Shown in pieces: positions 24,567 through 38,358 of a stretch of DNA of 64,000 nt (positions within the stretch are counted from its first letter, which is position 1; every line of letters begins with the position of its first letter). Origin of the DNA: Leucoraja erinacea (taxonomy: Eukaryota); assembly GCF_028641065.1 (NCBI RefSeq), contig NC_073416.1, positions 7,998,001 through 8,062,000 on the forward strand, in the 5' to 3' direction. The position numbers and the translations under genes were made by a program. The notes beneath the pieces were generated by a model. That model saw nothing but the letters and a program-made list of their open reading frames with translations, was not told the DNA's origin and did no database searches.

Positions 24567-27500
24567 ATGTTTTGATAGAGATTTCCGTGCCTGGTGGAAA
24601 GTACCAACACAAATAGACGGAGAAAGAGTCCAAGAGTCAGATTATTTATAATCTGTTTAAACTTTTATATTTCTGCAATTTAGCATATTTTTCTCCCCAG
24701 TTTTTAAAGATATTGCACAACGTTTCCAGAACTCTCGGCTCCAAGTGACAAATTACCAACGTTCTTGTCAGAGACAAGACGCAAAGCTACAAGAATAGCC
24801 TGAGTGAATCATTCTGCTCATCCCACACACCACTCCCAATGTAAAAATGGGGTCAGGCCACAGGCAAATTGAACCTACAGACTATGACTCACCAGCCAAG
24901 GTGCAAACTGACGCAGAACAAGTGCGAGAGTGAAAGTGAACATTTGTACACTAGTCCAAACAGCAGTGTTGACTGCTCCACCATCGGTAAATAACCAGTG
25001 CCTTGTCTTTGCTTAGCGCACACTCCACTCACATCTGCCACATGGATTTATAAAAATATCTTTTACACTTGCATCTGCTTTCTCTACATTAACCTCAGGA
25101 AGTCCCGAATATTGATGCTCGTCAGTTACAGGCAGACGAGCTCTTTGCCTTCTCCTTATTTTGTGACATTTATTCTCTCCTTTTACCTGCCTCCTGCTTG
25201 TGTTTCCTGCAATGTGGCACTACCCCCAATTGACAGTCTGAAGAAGGGTCTCGACCAGAAGCATCATCCATGCCTTCTCCCCACAGATGCTGCTGCCTGT
25301 CCCTCCGAGTTACTCAAGGATTTTGTCTCTATCTTTGGTTTAAACCAGCACCTGCAATTCCTTTCTACACACCTCTCTCCAGCCTTCATCAGAGAGTCTT
25401 ACAGCACAGAAACAGGCCCTATGGCCCGACTTTCCCATGCCGATCAAGAAAGCCCATCTTAGCTAGTCCTATTTGCGCCTATCCCTTCAAACTTTTCCTA
25501 TCCATGTACCTTTCCAAAGAGTCTTTTCAATGCTGATATAGTACATGCCTCAACTATCACCTCTGGCAGCTCGTTCCATATGCCCACTGGTATATGATCA
25601 GTGAAAAGGTTGCCCCCTCAGGTACGTATTAAATCGTGCCTCTCCCACATAGACCATAGAACCATCATCATGCTTGTGAGATTTTGCCCAAATGTTTAAA
25701 AGTAATTTCACCCCATAAAAATGAAGAATCATTTTGGAAACACTCAGCTGGACAAACAGAACACTTTCCCTTTCCACAGTTGCAGCCTAATCTGCCAAGC
25801 ATTTGCTTTCCATTTTATGCCGTAAAAGGCAATTTTAAGTCCTTATGGAAAAAAAAGCAACCAAAAGGTGATACCTTCAAACCAGCACTGCAAACCTACA
25901 CATCCAAATCCCAATGTTTGTCCATTTTCAAAAGCTTGTTTTAAATCAGTAGGTACAGTTACACGTAGGCAATGCAAACAAGCTGGAACACGCACTTCCA
26001 TTATTCCGTTAACTTTCTAAAGAAATAATCTCCTTATCTACAAACCACCAACAAATTTGAACACTATTCCTTCAAGTGCTATCTCCAAATCTTTGATAAT
26101 GTCCCAGAAGTAAGCAAGGCTAGCAACACATTTCCAGTCTCTGAAAACTTGGGATGTTTATTCACTCCCCTTTCTCCCTCCCCCCAAACAAAATCAAGTT
26201 GAGTTTATTGTCACGTGTACCGAGGTACAGTGAAAAGCTTTTGCTGCGTGCTAACCATTTCCCAATTCTAACAGTTTCAACTCCAAGAATTTCCGAACTG
26301 TTATCGCCCTCACCCCACCGCCCCCACCCCAAACATCCCCTCAAAAAACAATTCAATGTTTCAAGCTTCAACAGCCCACTGTAATCCGCAAGAACCTTGA
26401 ACTGAACGCCCTGAATGCAGACTGAGAGATTCATCTTTAAAACAATCTGAAACCACACATACCTGATCACACTCAGGTTTCAAATTACCACCACCTCATG
26501 GCCCCTCCACCATTTACGAGGCACACATATCTGGAAGATCAGAGCCTTCATTTTCAATCCCCTGCACAAACTTTGTTACATATTCCGCAACTCCACTGTA
26601 GTCCAAATGTATCCATTGCCTTCTCTCACCTTGGCCATCTTCTCAGATTAAACTTAAAGCCTCGGGTCAATTGTATTCAGTCCAGTCATTCTGCCACCAT
26701 GTCCACCAACAAAAGTCTACCCAAAGGAATCTTACTTCCCAGTTCTTGAAGCTCAAGGCATGAGCAATGAGATGCAACACACTGACTACAGGTGCTGTCT
26801 ATACGGAGTTTCCCTGTGATCGTGTGGGTTTTCTCCAGGTGCTCCAGTTTCCCCCCACACCCCAAAGACGTGCATGTTTGGCTTCTGTAAAATTGCTCCT
26901 CGTGTGTAGGATAGAACTAGTGTACGGGTCTGCGCAGACTCGGTGGGCCGTAGGGCCTGCTTTCATGCTGCGTCTTTAAACTGCATTGGGATGGAATATT
27001 AAAATCTGGCAGCAACAAAAAGCACAGAGAATTCCAGCAGCAACTGAGCCATGGTAGGGCTGGAGTTAGTGATATAAAAATCAGGCAGCCCTGGGGATAG
27101 TGCAGTGAAGCTCATCGTAAATCAGATTAGAGGCTGCAGCACAGTTTAGTTTAGTCACTGGTAGATTATACCCATCAAGCTGGTTCTTTCTATTAACAAC
27201 AATCATCATTTTATGCATTATCCACTCCTTTTATTGTTCCAGTTCCACACAACAAGCTTTTTTCATTTAATATCTGTGCCAAATGATCAAAGCAGCTACA
27301 ATTGTGACTATTAAAACGTTTGGACAGATATATGGATAGGAAGGGTTTAAAGGGAAATGGGCCGAATCCAGGCAAATGGGACTGGGACGACCCCAGTATG
27401 CCAACTCGTCCAGCATGGACGAGGTGGGCCGAAGGGCTTGTTTCCATGCTGTAAGGCCCCCATGACTGTACAACCCATTGCCTAGATCCTTATGGACTTA

Positions 27501-27816
27501 CCACATGTATATTCCACTTTCCCCTCCTCTCCATCCACCGACTTAAATTCAGTGTCACAATTATAAAACGCGGGCTATCTAATGACTGGAAGCAACAGCA
27601 TCAATTTCACGAGTGGAAGGGGAGCCAATGCTAATCTGACGAGGAGGAAATAATGTCGTGGTGCACCTCAGACAAAATTGCAAAGTGGTGGTGCACTGGT
27701 CAAAGCGGTGGAGCTGTTCTTAAAAAAGGGTGTGAAGAAGTTAGTGTCAGAGGATTTTACAGAAGGGACAGAACGCAAGATTGAAGCAGCTGATGGCACA
27801 GTTGTTAATAACAGAG

Positions 27817-27849
<33 letters not shown>

Positions 27850-28964
27850 ACGAACAGAGGACTTTCCCAGTTTTGAAATGGATATTCTGGATCCCCTCGA
27901 TGACGAAAAGCACAAATACAAACCAAACCACAGAATTACTTTTTGCCAAAATGAGATGAGAATTCAGTCAAATTACTCAACCAAAAAAAAACAAATAGAA
28001 AGCCAACTTGTATTGACCCAATTACTAATGACAAAACAGTGTGAAATACACCAGTTCAGGCAAGTCAGTATAATACTAGGTACACAAAAATGCTGGAGAA
28101 ACTCAGCAGGTGCAGCAGCATCTATGGAGCGAAGGAGATAGGCAACGTTTCATCCAGAAACGTTGCCCATCTCCTTCGCTCCATAAATGCTGCTGCACCC
28201 GCTGAGTTTCTCCAGCATTTGTGTACCTTCGATTTTCCAGCATCCACAGTTCCTTCTTAAACACTCAATACAATATTACTTCTTCTCTTAATGGATACAG
28301 TCATTTATTTGCCTGGAGCTAGAATTAAAAAAATATGAAATGTCAAATTTCTAAACATATTCAATGAGATTTTTATATTTAAATTCTAATCTCAGGCTTC
28401 CTGATACCAATGGCTAACACACAGGAGTTTTAAGCCTTTAAAAATTACACAGAAACTGAGAAATTATAACACAAAAAAAAGATTGTACACCATGGCACTT
28501 GCTTTCCCAAAACACAAGACAGGATAGCTAACACTGCGCTTGAAGATTACGAAATAGCTTTATCAGGTGGAGACAGAAGATGGAAAAGCTGCACTGGGGG
28601 GCAGGAAAAATCAGATAAGGCATTCCTTGGAAACTCTCCCCCCTCTCGCAGGCCAGCAGGAATGTGGAACTTGCTCCAACGGGTACCGTCTGGGGAAAGC
28701 AGAGCCGCATTTAAGGGGAAGCTGGATAAAAATTTGGAAGAAATAAGGAGACGAGGATGGCGTGGAGCATGAAGACTAGAACAGACCAGCTGAGCCAAAC
28801 AGCCTGCTACATATTCTATATATAATAGCCCTACATGTGGCACTTCCTCCAGCCGGACATGCAGCTTGGAACAAACTGCTTTTAGCAACAGCTGACCCAA
28901 AATTAAACACCTTTAGGTTAGAGGGCAGAGCTTGCACAAGACGAATCCACCATTTACAGCGAGC

Positions 28965-29272
28965 TGAGAGATACAGCATGGAAACAGGCCCTTCGGCCCA
29001 TTGAGGCCACGCCGACCATCGATCAACCGTTCACACTAGTTCTACGGTTATCCCACTTTCTCATCCACTCCCTACAAATTAGGGCAAATTTTGTTTTACA
29101 AGGCACAAAACCCGCATGTCTTTTGAGACGTGGGAGGAAACCGGAGCACCCGGAGGAAACCCACACGGTCACAGGGAGAATGGGCAACCTCCACACAGGG
29201 ACAGCAGCCGAGGTCAGGATCGAAGTTGGGTCTCTGGCACTGAGGCAGCAGCTCGACCAGCGGCGCCACCCA
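28965..29272 (-). mobile_element. HE1-type SINE
   Basis: Tail, V-domain (tgggaggaaaccggagcacccggaggaaacccac) and head in reverse orientation. Confidence 0.8.
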
Positions 29273-29869
29273 GTAGCAGTGTGCAATAATAACATTGGAC
29301 TCCCAACTTCAAACCAACCCTGGATAAACTCAGCGGGTGCAGCAGCATCTATGGAGTGAAGGAGATAGTCCATGTTTCGGGCCGAAACGTTGCCCATTTC
29401 CTTCGCTCCATAGATGCTGCTGCACCCGCTGAGCTTCTCCAGCATTTTTGTCTACCTTTGATTTTCCAGCATCTGCAGTTCCTCCTTAAGCATTAAAACC
29501 AACCCTTGCAAGATTAACAGGGAGCTTCCACGCCTTTCTCTAACAAATCACAGAATCACACAAATCACAAAAATTGCCTCTAATGACCACTGCTTTATCT
29601 TCATATAATTTTCTGCTGTCTCTGGCAGAAAGGGGCAAGCACACACAAAGAGTTTTAGTTATACAATTGGAGTATCCTGCCACTTCAATCGTGGTCGAGT
29701 CTTGAACTTGCCCAAAGTCTAACCTTCCAGATTAGACAAGGAACCTTTAAAGTTCTTTCTTAAAGTCCAGAGTCCACATCTGGCCCTCGATCTCTTCAAG
29801 AAACTCAATCAAATTCATCACAATCTCAGCCCCTTTCCTGCATTCTCAGCCCCCTTTTTTCACTCCTTA

Positions 29870-31015
29870 TATACCCACCAATGTGCAGCCAAATACCCAT
29901 CCAACTCAAATGACAAATTTGCAGACGACACCACCATAGTGGGCCAAACATCAAATTCCTCACCTTCACCACCATGGTCTGGTTTGGCTGAGCCACCAAG
30001 CACGACATCCGGAGGCTGCAGTGAATCTTCCGATCAACTAAGAAGGTTGAAGGCTGCAACCTTCCACCCCCCCCCATTGGCGAACTATACACTGCAAGGG
30101 CCAGGAAGCGAGCGGGTAAGATCATCTCTGACCCCTCTCACCCTGGCCACAAACTCTTTGAATCACTTCCCTCTGGAAGGCGACTCCAGTCAAAGCCGCC
30201 ACAGCCAGACATAAAAACTGATTTTTTTCCACAAGCAGTAGCTCTACTCAATAACCAAAAGTCTGTAACCTCCTTGTGCTCTGGTATTTTAATTCATTCT
30301 TCACATGTGTAAATTATAATGTTTTAATTTTAATTGTCTACTGTATATCGTGTTGTTACTTGCGAGCAAAGCACCAAGGCAAATTCCTTGTATGCATTCA
30401 TATTTGGCTAATAAAATGTATTCAATTCGATGACAAGATGGAGTGTAGGAAGATTGAGAACCTCGTAACCCGATGTCAAGACAACAACCTTTCCCTCAAT
30501 GTCAAGACAAAGGAGATTGTGATAGTCTTCAGGAAGTGAAACAGTACATATACCCTGGTTTACAATGACGTAGAGATGGTTGAAATGTGTCCATCTCCCT
30601 TCCTTTGACTCCATCTTTACTTCACGCTGCCTCGACAAGGCCACCAGCATAATCAAGGATGAGTCTCACCCCAGCCACTTCCTCTTCTCCCCTCTAAAAT
30701 CAGGCAAGAGGTATAGGAGAGCAAAGACACACACCTCCAGATTCAGCAACCGTTTCTTCCCAGCTATTATCAGGAAACTGAACCATGCTATCACCAACTA
30801 GAGAGCAGCACTGACCTACCATCTACCTCATTGGAGGCCCTCGGACTATCTTTAATAGGACTTTATCTTGTACTAGACGCTATTCCCGTTCTCCTGTATC
30901 TGTACACGGTGGACAGCTCGATTGTAATTTTGTATAATCTTTCTGCTGACTGGACAGCACGCAATAAAAAAAGCTTTTCACTGTACCTCGGTACACGTGG
31001 CAATAAAACTAAACT
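29870..31015 (+). mobile_element. Two Rex1/Babar-like LINE 3' fragments
   Basis: RT-like remnants (KFADDTTIVG; CQDNNLSLNV.KTKEIVIVFRK; SRCLDKATSIIKDESHPSHFLFSPL.SGKRYR) followed by tails ending in caataaa. Confidence 0.7.
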
Positions 31016-32240
31016 CCCTACACAAGGGCAGATTAGATATGCTGACTATCCCTAATCTGCTCTTAACTATCCAAAAGCAGGTAGATCATGTCTCTCAGAA
31101 TCCCCTCTTGAAACATTCCCAACACTAATGTTAGGCTTACCAGCCTGCAGTTCCCAGATCCTTTGCAGCGCTTCTTGTTTTTTAATTTCTATGTTTCTAG
31201 GTTTCTTACATAAAAAGGTGGAAGCTTGCAACTTGCTCGAAGAGTTTAAACAGGAAAGCAGTATTAGGAGGTGGGGTGTGTAGGAAGGAACTGCAGATGC
31301 CAGTTTAAACTGAAGATAGACACAAAATGCTGGAGCAACTCAGCGGGACAGGCAGCATCTCTGGAGAAAAGGAATGGGTGACATTTCAGATCTGAAGAGT
31401 CTCGACCCTAAACCTCGTCTCCAGAGATGCTGCCTGTCCTGCCAAGTTACACCAGCCTTTTATGTCTATTTTAGGAGGTAGGGTGACATGTAGGGGGTTT
31501 ACACACATATTAGGGTTAAGGTTAGGGATAATTGGGGCCGTAGTTAAGCTGCATTTGAAGGGAAAGGATTCAAGTGAAGCAATCCACTGACAAAATCAGC
31601 CACCACACAGGAAGGATAATCGAGTGGGAAGTTGAATAAAAATAAATCAAGGATTATGAAAACTTCCTGCAGCTTTGCAGAGACATTAACAGACCAAATA
31701 TGGAACCAAACTCTTAAACACAAGCAAATTTAATAAATGTTTAAAGAACCACCATATTTATAGCAACCTTCGCCTCACAAACTTCAACGTAGGGATAAAC
31801 TGCACAACACACATCTTGATCACATCCGCACGTTCATCAACACATGGATAATTATTCAGTTGATAAGCAAACAGGCATCTGCTCACAATCACATTATGAC
31901 TCACGTTCCTGCATAATCAGGAACGCATCGACAAGGGCAAGTATAAGACGCTAGTGCAGTCAGATCGGCCAAATTACAAAAGCTCGAGGCAAAAATGACC
32001 AAATACAAGGGAAGTGACGAAGGAATTACGTGACTTAATATTGATTAAGCAGTCAAACAAATCACTTGAAATAGGCTATTTGATTCTGGCAGAAATCAAT
32101 AATCACTATTAAACCAATTTAAATTACTGAAAACAAAATTAGCTGCTGTTGGGATATAGCCCCTCTCCACATTTAGCAAACAAATAATGGTCTTATAGTT
32201 ACAGTTATAATTTAAAAACACATAGTTAACTACAATAGTG

Positions 32241-32471
32241 CTGGAGAAAGTCAGCGGGTGCAGCAGCATCTATGGAGCAAAGGAAATAGGCAACGTTTCG
32301 GGACGAAACCCTTTCGGGTTTCGGCCCGAAACGTTGCCTATTTCCTTTCGGGTTTCGGGCCGAAACGTTACCTATTTCCTTCGCTCCATAGATGCTGTTG
32401 CACCCGCTGAGTTTCTCCAGCACTTTTGTCTACCTTCGATTTTCCAGCATCTGCAGTTCCTTCTTAAACTC
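32241..32471. mobile_element. Penelope-like fold-back insertion
   Basis: Inverted arms; 15-bp duplication ttaactacaatagtg (32226-32240 and 32472-32486). Confidence 0.8.
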
Positions 32472-33094
32472 TTAACTACAATAGTGATTCCCTCTTGCTG
32501 GATTTTAATGAAGGATTAATCTCCAAGTGATCAAGAGACAACTATGATATCAATCAGCCCCCCACAGCATTGCACAAATGGGGAAAGTAATTTAAATGGC
32601 ATCAAAGGATGGAGACAATGATATTCATACATAATTATTAAGTTGGGCATCATCAAAATCTTGAGACATTACGGTCTGCTTGGAGGAGGGAAAAAGTCAG
32701 TCCATCCATTTAACAATCTAACCAACAGATTGTAGTTGTACAGAGAAGCCAGGTAGGAAAAAAACGAATAGCCTCCTAAAATGTGATGATGCGAAATAAG
32801 AGAGACACACAAGGAGGACTCAAGTCAGTCAACATGCCCTCCATTTGAATTAATACAATGAAATATCCAGTAAACAGCAACTTCATTCCAACCCAAAACG
32901 GAATGAGCTTTATGTTCGGACTTCTCACCGTCCTGTGGCATTGTATTATCGCGCCCCACTCCGTTTAGAAAGAAGGCCCGTGTCAGCCGCGGCTTTTCCT
33001 GCTGCCCGCCGCAGACGACCTGTGCCCTCACTGCCGTCGACCAGCGCATCGCCAGCGGGCAGGGGAAAATGACTTCCCCTTGGGGCAGACTTAC

Positions 33095-33250
33095 CAGAGA
33101 TCCATCGGCAGTCGGGCAGCCGCAAGTCCTGATGGAGGTGAGTGCTGATTATTTGATTGCAAGCTTTTCCGAAAGCGCGCACCACAGCCTCTCAACGTCA
33201 TCCGCGGCTCCCATCTTTAAACGCGCAGCCCTCGGAACCAGCGCCTCGGC
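33095..33250 (-). other. RNF41: Putative non-coding first exon of RNF41
   Basis: CTG|GTAAGT donor at 33095/33094 inside a CpG-rich region next to the CCAAT cluster; the TSS is approximate. Confidence 0.6.
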
Positions 33251-33259
33251 TGAGTGACA

Positions 33260-33670
33260 GCCCCCATCGACCACTCACTGACCTCAGCTCTGAGCGACGG
33301 ACCACTGGACCAATGAGTGCTTAAAATAACGTTTCTAATCCCGCCCACTGGCAGGTCAATTAAGCCAATCGACGTTTACAATGTCGTTCTTGATCCCGCT
33401 CACTGGCAGACCCGTTGGCAAATCACGGAACCGGCCTTATGGTTGGCAGCCGCGGCAGCCAATTGGCGCTGAATGGATGGGGCGGGTCTTGGCTAGACGG
33501 ATATCCAACTGCACCAACGGTAACAAAAATTGTAACGGGGCACCCAATCAGAGGCAAGGTAACATTGCGGAGGGAGGGGGGGTGGGGGGGGGTGAATGGG
33601 CTGGGTTTCCATGGCAACCATCCAGGCGGGATGTGGTGACGCAATGTGAATGACGTCTCCGCCTGTAAAT
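33260..33670. promoter_or_regulatory. Divergent promoter core between RNF41 and NABP2
   Basis: CCAAT at 33310, 33365, 33459 and 33544; GC boxes at about 33340 and 33480; RFX X-box GTTTCCATGGCAAC at 33605-33618; CRE-like TGACG at 33638 and 33651. Confidence 0.7.
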
Positions 33671-34177
33671 ACACAGAGCCGGTGGTGGGTATCGAACCCG
33701 AGTTACGAGGCGGCAGCAGCACTCTTCAAATGAATTAGCAACAAAATCGATTGCTTTACTGGGGTATATTATAAATCCCCTGAAAGTCAGGAGGAGACAG
33801 TAAGGAGGCATTTAGAGAAATCGGCCGGCGGTGGTTGTTTTTTCATTTTTCATTTTCCTTGAAGAAGTTCTCCTCTCTTAAACACTGTGTATACTCTACT
33901 GCGTTATCTCTTCAAGATATGCCCACCTTGAAGAAGTTCTCCTCTTCTCTTAAACACCGTTGTTTTTTCATCTTCAATTGAAGATTCATCTTTTTATTTT
34001 TACAAACCATGTTCTCGGGGTATCAATATCTAAATTTTATTAGTTATTTAAGTTATGACATCGGATGGAAGCTGCATACCAAATCTCATTGTGCTTATGT
34101 GCACTGACAATAAAAGATATTATTATTATTATTATAAAGATATTAATCCTCAAGTATCCGCACTTACATGCACTGTC

Positions 34178-34525
34178 TATTGGACACGCTAGAGGCAGGA
34201 ACCATGTTCCCGATGTTGGGGGAGTCTAGAACCAGGTGCATCAGTTTAAGAATAAGGAGTAAGCGAGTTAGAACGGAGACGAGGAAACACTTTTTCTCAC
34301 AGAGAGTGGCGAGTCTGTGGAATTCTCTGCCTCAGAGGGCGGTGGAGGCCGGTTCTCTGGATACTTTCAAGAGAGAGCTGGATAGAGCTCTTAAAGATAG
34401 CGGGGATATGGGGAGGAGGCAGGAACGGGGTACTGATTGGGGACGATCAGCCATGATCACAGTGAATGGCGGTGCTGGCTCGGAGGGCCGAATGGCCTCC
34501 TCCTGCACCTATTGTCTATTGTCTA
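34178..34525 (+). mobile_element. CR1/HER1 LINE 3' end
   Basis: LDTLEAGTMFPMLGESRTR...SLWNSLPQRAVEAGSLDTFKRELD plus the 3' UTR ending ctattgtctattgt. Confidence 0.9.
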
Positions 34526-34751
34526 TTACATGTCAGCGGAGGGCTTGCTGCGTAACCAGACCTAGCCAGGATTCTCGATTCTCCAGAACATGATGAAGTG
34601 CCGTTTCTTGGTTTTGGTTTGGGGGTAATGTGGGGAGCTGAAGAGTCAAGAGTGAGAGTGTGGCAGAGAATAATTGAAGTGCACATCCTTCCTCAGATAT
34701 GGGGCCCAATAATGTTCACAATATGGACTCACTAACCGCAGCTAAAGCCTA

Positions 34752-35165
34752 AAGGGCCTGTCCCACTTTCACAAGGTAATTCACAAATTCTCCCGCGTTT
34801 TCCCCTTAATTCAAACTCGCAAAATGTTCGTAACGAGTCCGTAGGAGGTCGTAGGAGTTTGTAGATATATCGTAGCGGCTCGCTATGCTAGCCGTAGGTA
34901 CTCGTGGCATCAGATAAGTCGGGACGTTTTTTTCCAGCCCGATAAAAAATGTCCATGAGTAAAAAAATGGTCGGAAATTGCAACTTTTTACTCGTAAGGA
35001 GGCATCGAAATAGTTGTGGGAATTCGTAGACATATTTGTAGGAGTTCGTGAACATAGTCGTGGAAGCTCATAGGAGTTCGTAAATTGCCACGATCTTGAT
35101 TTTCTTTAGGTCCTTTAAACTCGGCAGAGGTTTTGAATTAAGTCGTGAAAGTGGGACAGGCCCTT
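34752..35165. mobile_element. PIF/Harbinger-like MITE
   Basis: Perfect TIR AAGGGCCTGTCCCACTTTCAC / GTGAAAGTGGGACAGGCCCTT flanked by TA (TAA/TTA); internal short tcgta repeats. Confidence 0.75.
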
Positions 35166-35289
35166 TAGCATTACACACTTTCATGGACATTCCTTCTGTT
35201 TTACCGCGTGCATTGGTGACACCTTCCTCTAGTGGCTCTGCTGCTGCAGCCTTCATCAGAGCACATGGCCACTTCAACATGGACGTGGA

Positions 35290-35660
35290 CATGGACATGG
35301 TCCCGAGTCCCGGAGCTCGGCTCTGTCCGGAGCCGCCCGTCCACCGGATGTCCCGCCCACGCCGGTGAGGGCCCGACCAACCAGGCGGCGCCGAGGGAGG
35401 AGGGCGGCCTCCGACCGGTCGGTGGAGCTGCCTGTCAGCGGGCCCGAGGGGAGCCGGAGTTTGCCGAACGACGGCGGGCCGGTTGCCATTGTGGATGAGC
35501 GAGAGGCGGTGCGGGCGGGTGGCGGCCATCCTGCCCTCTCATGTGGTGTTTACGGGAGCGTTGGGGAAGGGGATTTGAAGATCCGTGTTGTGTGGGGGGG
35601 GAGAGAGAGAGAGAGGGGGGGGTCCCGCTCCCGGAGGGCCGCCCAGGGCCGCGCATGCGT
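35290..35660 (+). promoter_or_regulatory. NABP2: CpG island with a putative NABP2 5' non-coding exon
   Basis: Very GC/CpG-rich; CCG|GTGAGG donor at 35364/35365; downstream acceptor tttgcag| at 35700. Confidence 0.55.
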
Positions 35661-35667
35661 GTTATGA

Positions 35668-35820
<153 letters not shown>

Positions 35821-35969
35821 TAGAGGAAAAATCTTGCACTTCACCCCTTTGACAGAACACAATCCAACCCAGTCCTCCACACATGCTGCCCGACCTGCTG
35901 GGTTTCTCCAGCACTCTTTATCCTCCACAGATGCTGCCCGACCTGCTGGGTTTCTCCAGCACTCTTTAG

Positions 35970-36420
35970 TCAAGTCAAGTCACTTTTATTTCTATAGCAC
36001 ATTTAAAAAAACAATTCTCGTTGGCCAAAGTGCTTTAAATTGGTGGAGGTACTAATGTTATACAACATTGGTTCATAGATTAAGTACATACATAAATACA
36101 TACATATAGCCCTCCCTCAGAGGACATCAAGAAAGGCTTGAAAGTAAAGATTGAAAGTAAGTATCGACTTAAAGGAGTCGATGGAGAGGGCAGTTCTGAT
36201 GGGAAGGGGGATGCTGTTTTACAGTCTAGGAGCTGCAACCGCAAAGGTGCGGTCGCCCCTGAGCTTATGCCTAGACCGCGGGATGTTCCGTAACCCCAAG
36301 TTGACCGATCTGAGGGGCCTGGAGGTGGTGTGGTGGGTAAGCAAACTTTTGATATAGGTGGGGGCAAGCCCGTTAAGGGCTTTGTAAACATAAAGGAGGA
36401 TCTTGAAATTTATTCGGATA
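35970..36420 (-). mobile_element. L2-type LINE 3' fragment
   Basis: RINFKILLYVYKALNGLAPTYIKSLL...GDRTFAVAAPRL plus a gtgctatagaaataaa tail. Confidence 0.75.
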
Positions 36421-36574
36421 CCCTCCACAGATGCTGCCCGACTTGCTGGGTTTCTCCGGCACTCTTTATCCTCCACAGATGCTGCCCGACCTGTTGAGTT
36501 CCTTCAGAGGGCATGTCGGGCAGCATCTGTGGAGGACACAGAGTGCTGGAGGAACTCTGCAGGTCAGGCAGGAT

Positions 36575-37350
36575 ACAATACGATAGAACTTTATTTATCC
36601 CAGGAGGGAAATTGGTCTGCCAACAGTCATAAAACACAACAAGATACATGAAGCATGAAATTAAAGTGACGAGTGGAAAGTCCAGGATTGGGGATGTGCA
36701 AAGATTGGGGGAGTCAGTCTACCTTTCAACAGAAGGGGGAGGAGTTGTACAGTTTGACAGCCACAGGGAAGAAGGATTTCCTGTGGCGTTCTGTGCTGCA
36801 TCTTGGTGGAACCAGTCTGTTGCTGAAGGTGTTCCTCAGGTTGACCAGTGTGTCATGGAGGGGGTGAGCTGTGTTGTCCAGGATGCTTCGCAGTTTGAGG
36901 AGCATCCTCCCCTCCAAGACCAACCTCCAATGAATCCAACTCCACCCCCAAGACGGAGCCAGCCCTCCTGATGAGCTTCTTAATTCGGTTGCGGTCCGCG
37001 GCCTTCGCCCTGCTGCCCCAGCACACGACAGAGAAGAAGATGGCACTGGCCACCACTAATTGGTAGAACATCTGCAGCATTTTACTGCAGATGTTGAAGG
37101 AGTGGGGCCTCCTCAGAAAGTACAGCCGACTCTGTCCCTTCTGATACAGCACCTCAGTGTTCCTGGACCAGTCCAGTTCACTGTCCAGGTAAACTCCAAG
37201 GTACTTGTACTCTCTGGTAAATTGCACATCCACACCCTTAATGGAGGGACAGGGGTGTTCCTCCCCTCCTAAAGTCCACCACTAGTTCCTTAGTCTTGTC
37301 GATGTTGAGCGGCAGGTGATTCAGCCCACACCACTCATCAAAGTTGTTTT
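36575..37350 (-). mobile_element. Rex1/Babar-like LINE 3' fragment
   Basis: YKYLGVYLDSELDWSRNT...QSRLYFLRR...MLQMFYQ; RSILDNTAHPLH...FFPVAVKLYN. Confidence 0.8.
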
Positions 37351-37369
37351 TGTACGGAGTGTTTTGTGA

Positions 37370-37564
<195 letters not shown>

Positions 37565-37624
37565 TAACTCACTTAGTTTAACACATCTGTGAAAACTGGA
37601 GCAAATGTTGTGACACTTTTTTAA

Positions 37625-38048
37625 CTTTTAGCAATACAGCGTGGAAACAGGCCCTTCGGCCCACCGGGTCCGTGCCGACCAGCGATGACCCCGTACACCA
37701 GCACTATACTACACATGAGAGACAATTTTCAATTTTTACCAAAGCCAGTGTAGTTTAGTATCGAGATACAGCACGGAAACAGGCCCTTTGGCCCACCGGG
37801 TCTGCATCAACCCTGCACATTTTTACTATCCTGCACACTAGGGACAAGTTAAACACATACCAAGCCAATTAACATACAAACATTCACGCCTTTGAAGTGT
37901 GGGAGGAAACCGAAGATCTGGGAGAAAACCCAAGCAGGTCACGGGGAGAGTGTACAAACTCCATACAGACAGCAGCCGTAGTCGGGATTGATCCCGGTTC
38001 TCTGGCGCTGTGAGGCAGCAACTCTACCGCTGCGCCACTGTGCTGCCC
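37625..38048 (-). mobile_element. Tandem HE1-type SINEs (one partial, one near full length)
   Basis: Two tail segments, one V-domain and one head. Confidence 0.8.
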
Positions 38049-38137
38049 CAAACTCTACAAATGCACCAGCACAATTCAACAACAGATAATGGCACAATCT
38101 TATTTTTTACAAATGGCGTGTGCTTTAAGTTTTGTGA

Positions 38138-38248
<111 letters not shown>

Positions 38249-38358
38249 TAAGTTCTGTGCTTTCAGACTGGAAAGAGGGTGGGGGCTGCTTGAAGCTTGA
38301 GCTCAGGCCGGGCTCCGGCTGCTCGGAGAGTTTGGGTGCAGTTGGAAAGGTTCTAGTG

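Noticed and set aside
23874-24633. ORFs spanning or adjoining the N gap, possibly a DNA-transposon remnant
   Set aside because: The ORFs are inflated by Ns and poly-C; no matching TIR pair or domain was recognised
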